Below are positions 61,152-64,000 of a DNA stretch of 64,000 bases, piece by piece. The stretch is from Gemmatimonadota bacterium. Lineage in GTDB: Bacteria > Gemmatimonadota > Gemmatimonadetes > Palauibacterales > Palauibacteraceae. How positions within the stretch are numbered: the stretch's first letter is position 1; the number at the start of each line of letters is the position of its first letter. Made by a program: the position numbers and the translations under genes. The stretch spans positions 1 to 64,000 of the forward strand of contig OZ220691.1 in the NCBI GenBank assembly GCA_965116475.1, given 5' to 3'. The notes beneath the pieces are model-generated. The model was given only the letters and a program-made list of their open reading frames with translations. It was not told the origin of the DNA and did no database searches.

Positions 61152-63202
61152 CACGAGAGCACCCCGAGGATGAGCAGGGCCCCGAGCATGAAGGCGACGA
61201 GGTAGGTCGTCACGCGGCCCGTCTGCAGTTGTCCCCCGGCCCAGCCGAGGAGACGGGCGGCGCGCCCCGCGCCGTTCACCGCGCCGTCGATGAGGCCCGC
61301 GTCCACGATCCGCCAGCAGGCGCGCCACAGGGCGAGCGAGGGGCGGACGATCGCGCGATCGTACAGTTCATCCACGTACCACTTGTCGTGGAGCACGCGG
61401 GCGAACCCGGTCGGAGCCACGGCCTCCGCCTCCGTCGGCACCGGCTTCGGCGACAGGACGCGCACCGTCCCGACGACGGCGGCGATCGCGATCGCGGCGG
61501 AGATCACCGCCCACAGCGCCTCACCGCCCCCGACCGGGGACCGGTATTCGGGGGCGAAGCCGTGCGCCTCCTTGACGGCGATCGCCGGCGCGAACACCGG
61601 CTCGAGCCAGTGGTGCAGCCACTCGACGGTCGGGAGCAGCGGCAGCGCCTCGGGGATGTTCGCCCAGCCCCCGACGACCGAGAGGACGGCGAGCACCGCC
61701 AGCGGCGCCCACATGACGGCGGGCACTTCGTGCAGGCGCCGTCCGGCCTCCGCCCCTCCGCCGTGGCCGAAGGTCCGGTTCCCCCCGTGAAAGGTCATCA
61801 CCATGAGCCGCGCCATGTACACCGCCGTCAGCAGCGCCGTGGCGAGCGCGACGCCCCACAGGATCGGGTACCCGTACGCTCCCGAGTACCAGATGATCTC
61901 GTCCTTCGAGAAGAAGCCGGCCAGCGGCGGCACGCCCGCGATCGCGAGCGTCGCGATCCACATGAAGACGAACGTGCGGGGCATGAACTTCCGGAGCCCG
62001 CCGTGGTTCCGCATGTCGTTGGGGTCTCCGTGCCCGTCCCCGTGCTCGCCGTCTCCGTGCGCCCACGCATGGTGGACCGCGTGAATCACCGCCCCCGCGC
62101 CCAGGAAGAGGAGCGCCTTGAAGAAGGCGTGCGTCATCAGGTGGAAGACGCCGGCCGTAAACGCCCCCACCCCGACGGCGAGGAACATGTAGCCGAGCTG
62201 CGAGATCGTGGAGTACGCGAGCACCTTCTTGATGTCGTACTGCCGGATCGCGATCGAGGCCGCGAAGAGCGCCGTCCCCGCCCCCACCGCCGCGACCACC
62301 CCCTGGGCGACGGGCGAGAGCGCGAACAGGACGCTGGTGCGCGCGATGAGATAGACCCCCGCCGTCACCATCGTCGCCGCGTGAATGAGCGCCGAGACCG
62401 GCGTCGGGCCCGCCATTGCGTCCGGTAGCCAGGTATGGAGCGGGATCTGGGCCGATTTCCCGGTGCAGCCGAGGAAGAGGAGGAGCGTGATCCCGGTGAC
62501 GAGCGCGCCGCCGTACGCGAGCGTCCCGTCCGCCGCCTCGAGGACGGGGATGAAGTCCAGTGTCCCGAAGGCCGTGAACACGAGGAACATGGCGACGAGG
62601 AAGCCCGCGTCGCCGATCCGGTTCATGATGAACGCCTTCTTGCCCGCGTTCGCGTAGTCCCGGTTCTCGTACCAGAAGCCGATGAGCAGGTACGAGCATA
62701 GTCCCACGCCCTCCCAGCCCACGAACATCAGCGGGAAGCTGGCCCCGAGGACGAGGACGAGCATGAAGAAGACGAACAGGTTGAGATACGAGAAGTAGCG
62801 GGAATAGCCGGGATCGTCGCGCATGTAGCCGACGGAATAGATGTGGATCAGGCTCCCGACCCCGGTCACGATCATGCACATCAGCATCGAGAGCTGGTCG
62901 AACTGGAGGTCGACCCCGATGCTGAGGTCCCCGGACACGATCCAGCTCCACAGGCGGACGACTTCAGCGCCGTGCAGGTCCGCGCCGCTCATCGCGATGA
63001 AGTTGACGAGGACGACCGCGAAGCTCCCGAGCAGCGCCGCGGGTCCGACCAGCGTCGGGATCCGCTTGTCGTCGCGCCACAGGAAGGCCCCCGCCCCGTT
63101 CACGGCCGCCCCGAGCAGCGGGAGGGCCAGGATGAGCCACGGCAGCACCGGATGGAACCCGGCCCCCGCGCCCTCCTGCCCCGCCACCGCGCCGAGGCTC
63201 AC
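61151..63202 (-). CDS. nuoL: NADH-quinone oxidoreductase subunit L
   Basis: [68 protein letters not shown]. Confidence 0.97.
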   Translation of the reverse strand: MSLGAVAGQEGAGAGFHPVLPWLILALPLLGAAVNGAGAFLWRDDKRIPTLVGPAALLGSFAVVLVNFIAMSGADLHGAEVVRLWSWIVSGDLSIGVDLQFDQLSMLMCMIVTGVGSLIHIYSVGYMRDDPGYSRYFSYLNLFVFFMLVLVLGASFPLMFVGWEGVGLCSYLLIGFWYENRDYANAGKKAFIMNRIGDAGFLVAMFLVFTAFGTLDFIPVLEAADGTLAYGGALVTGITLLLFLGCTGKSAQIPLHTWLPDAMAGPTPVSALIHAATMVTAGVYLIARTSVLFALSPVAQGVVAAVGAGTALFAASIAIRQYDIKKVLAYSTISQLGYMFLAVGVGAFTAGVFHLMTHAFFKALLFLGAGAVIHAVHHAWAHGDGEHGDGHGDPNDMRNHGGLRKFMPRTFVFMWIATLAIAGVPPLAGFFSKDEIIWYSGAYGYPILWGVALATALLTAVYMARLMVMTFHGGNRTFGHGGGAEAGRRLHEVPAVMWAPLAVLAVLSVVGGWANIPEALPLLPTVEWLHHWLEPVFAPAIAVKEAHGFAPEYRSPVGGGEALWAVISAAIAIAAVVGTVRVLSPKPVPTEAEAVAPTGFARVLHDKWYVDELYDRAIVRPSLALWRACWRIVDAGLIDGAVNGAGRAARLLGWAGGQLQTGRVTTYLVAFMLGALLILGVLS

Positions 63203-63528
63203 CACTTCAGGAGCCGGAAGCGGTCGAGGTCCACGACTTCATAGTGCCGGAAGATCGCGATGATGATCGCGAGACCCACGGCGGCCTCCGCCGCGGCCAC
63301 GGCCATGACGAAGAAGACGAAGATCTGGCCCTCTATCCCGTGCATGCGCGAGAAGGCGACGAGCGACAGGTTCGCGGCATTCAGCATCAGCTCGACGCAC
63401 ATGAAGACGATGATCGCGTTGCGCCGCAGCAGCACCCCGATCACGCCGATCGTGAACAGGATCGCGCTCACGAAGAGGGCGATGAGTCCGTTCAGGCCGA
63501 GCGCGGCCGCCATGCCCGCCTCGTTCAC
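63199..63528 (-). CDS. nuoK: NADH-quinone oxidoreductase subunit K
   Basis: [31 protein letters not shown]. Confidence 0.97.
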   Translation of the reverse strand: MNEAGMAAALGLNGLIALFVSAILFTIGVIGVLLRRNAIIVFMCVELMLNAANLSLVAFSRMHGIEGQIFVFFVMAVAAAEAAVGLAIIIAIFRHYEVVDLDRFRLLKW

Positions 63529-64000
63529 GTCCGCTCCCTGCGGGCCAGCAGGATCGTCCCCACGATGGACACGAGCAGGAGGACGCCGGTGACCTCGAGG
63601 ACGATCGTGTACTCCGTAAAGAGCGGCCGGGCCACGACGCCGACCACGCCCTGTTCGGCGGCCGCCTCGCGCAGCGCGCCGCCGGCGATCTCCACGACCG
63701 GCCGGGCATCCGTCCCGCCCACGAAGAGGCGCGTGAGCACGCCGAGGAAGGCGATGGAGATCGAGCCGCCGATGAGCCCTCCCACCGGCCCCCGCAGGTC
63801 GCGCCAGTCCGCGTGCCCCAGGTTCAGGAGCATGAGGACGAAGAGGAAGAGGACCATGATGGCCCCCCCGTACAGGATCACGTTGATCGCCGCGATGTAG
63901 TGCGCGTCCAGCATGAGGAACATGCCCGACGTGGCGAAGAACACGCCGACCAGGAAGATCACGGCGGAGACGGGATTCCGGCGCGTGACCATGATCACTG
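63525..64000 (-). CDS. nuoJ: NADH-quinone oxidoreductase subunit J (5' truncated by window edge)
   Basis: [25 protein letters not shown]...E..GVLLL. Confidence 0.93.
   Translation of the reverse strand, partial: VIMVTRRNPVSAVIFLVGVFFATSGMFLMLDAHYIAAINVILYGGAIMVLFLFVLMLLNLGHADWRDLRGPVGGLIGGSISIAFLGVLTRLFVGGTDARPVVEIAGGALREAAAEQGVVGVVARPLFTEYTIVLEVTGVLLLVSIVGTILLARRERT

Noticed and set aside
62010-62090. His/Gly-rich insert in NuoL ([20 protein letters not shown])
   Set aside because: His-rich loops are common in NuoL, so this is not distinctive.

Overview
This is a very GC-rich, densely coding bacterial chromosomal segment of about 58 CDSs. I saw no rRNA, tRNA, CRISPR array, transposase or phage genes. 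Gene content and synteny suggest Gemmatimonadota, which is inference only. The window appears to span the replication terminus: a 28-bp XerC/XerD dif-like site at 14911-14938 sits where gene orientation flips. Upstream of it, all genes are on + (murJ, uvrC, gltX, thrC, TPR protein, DUF512, der, plsY, gpsA, merR, surE, pcm, DUF368, yfgM-like). Downstream, nearly all are on -: three tandem CBM9/DUF5916 outer-membrane paralogs, a K+ channel, a lipid-linked glycosylation cluster, rpoN, lptB/A/C, kdsC/A, pyrG, kdsB, xerD, dedA, ispF, purE, the fab/plsX/rpmF cluster without fabH, ndk, sucCD, PMM/PGM and nuoJ-N. The best candidate for an undescribed system is the kds-lpt-rpoN operon. It runs directly into GT2, GT-C, flippase and YfhO genes, while its own LptC and LptA-like proteins carry about 30 D-(S/T)-(A/T/V/L) motifs in mucin-like tracts that match the Bacteroidota O-glycosylation sequon. 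Start codons were chosen by eye using RBS and stop/start overlaps. All product calls come from recognising motifs, not from database searches.
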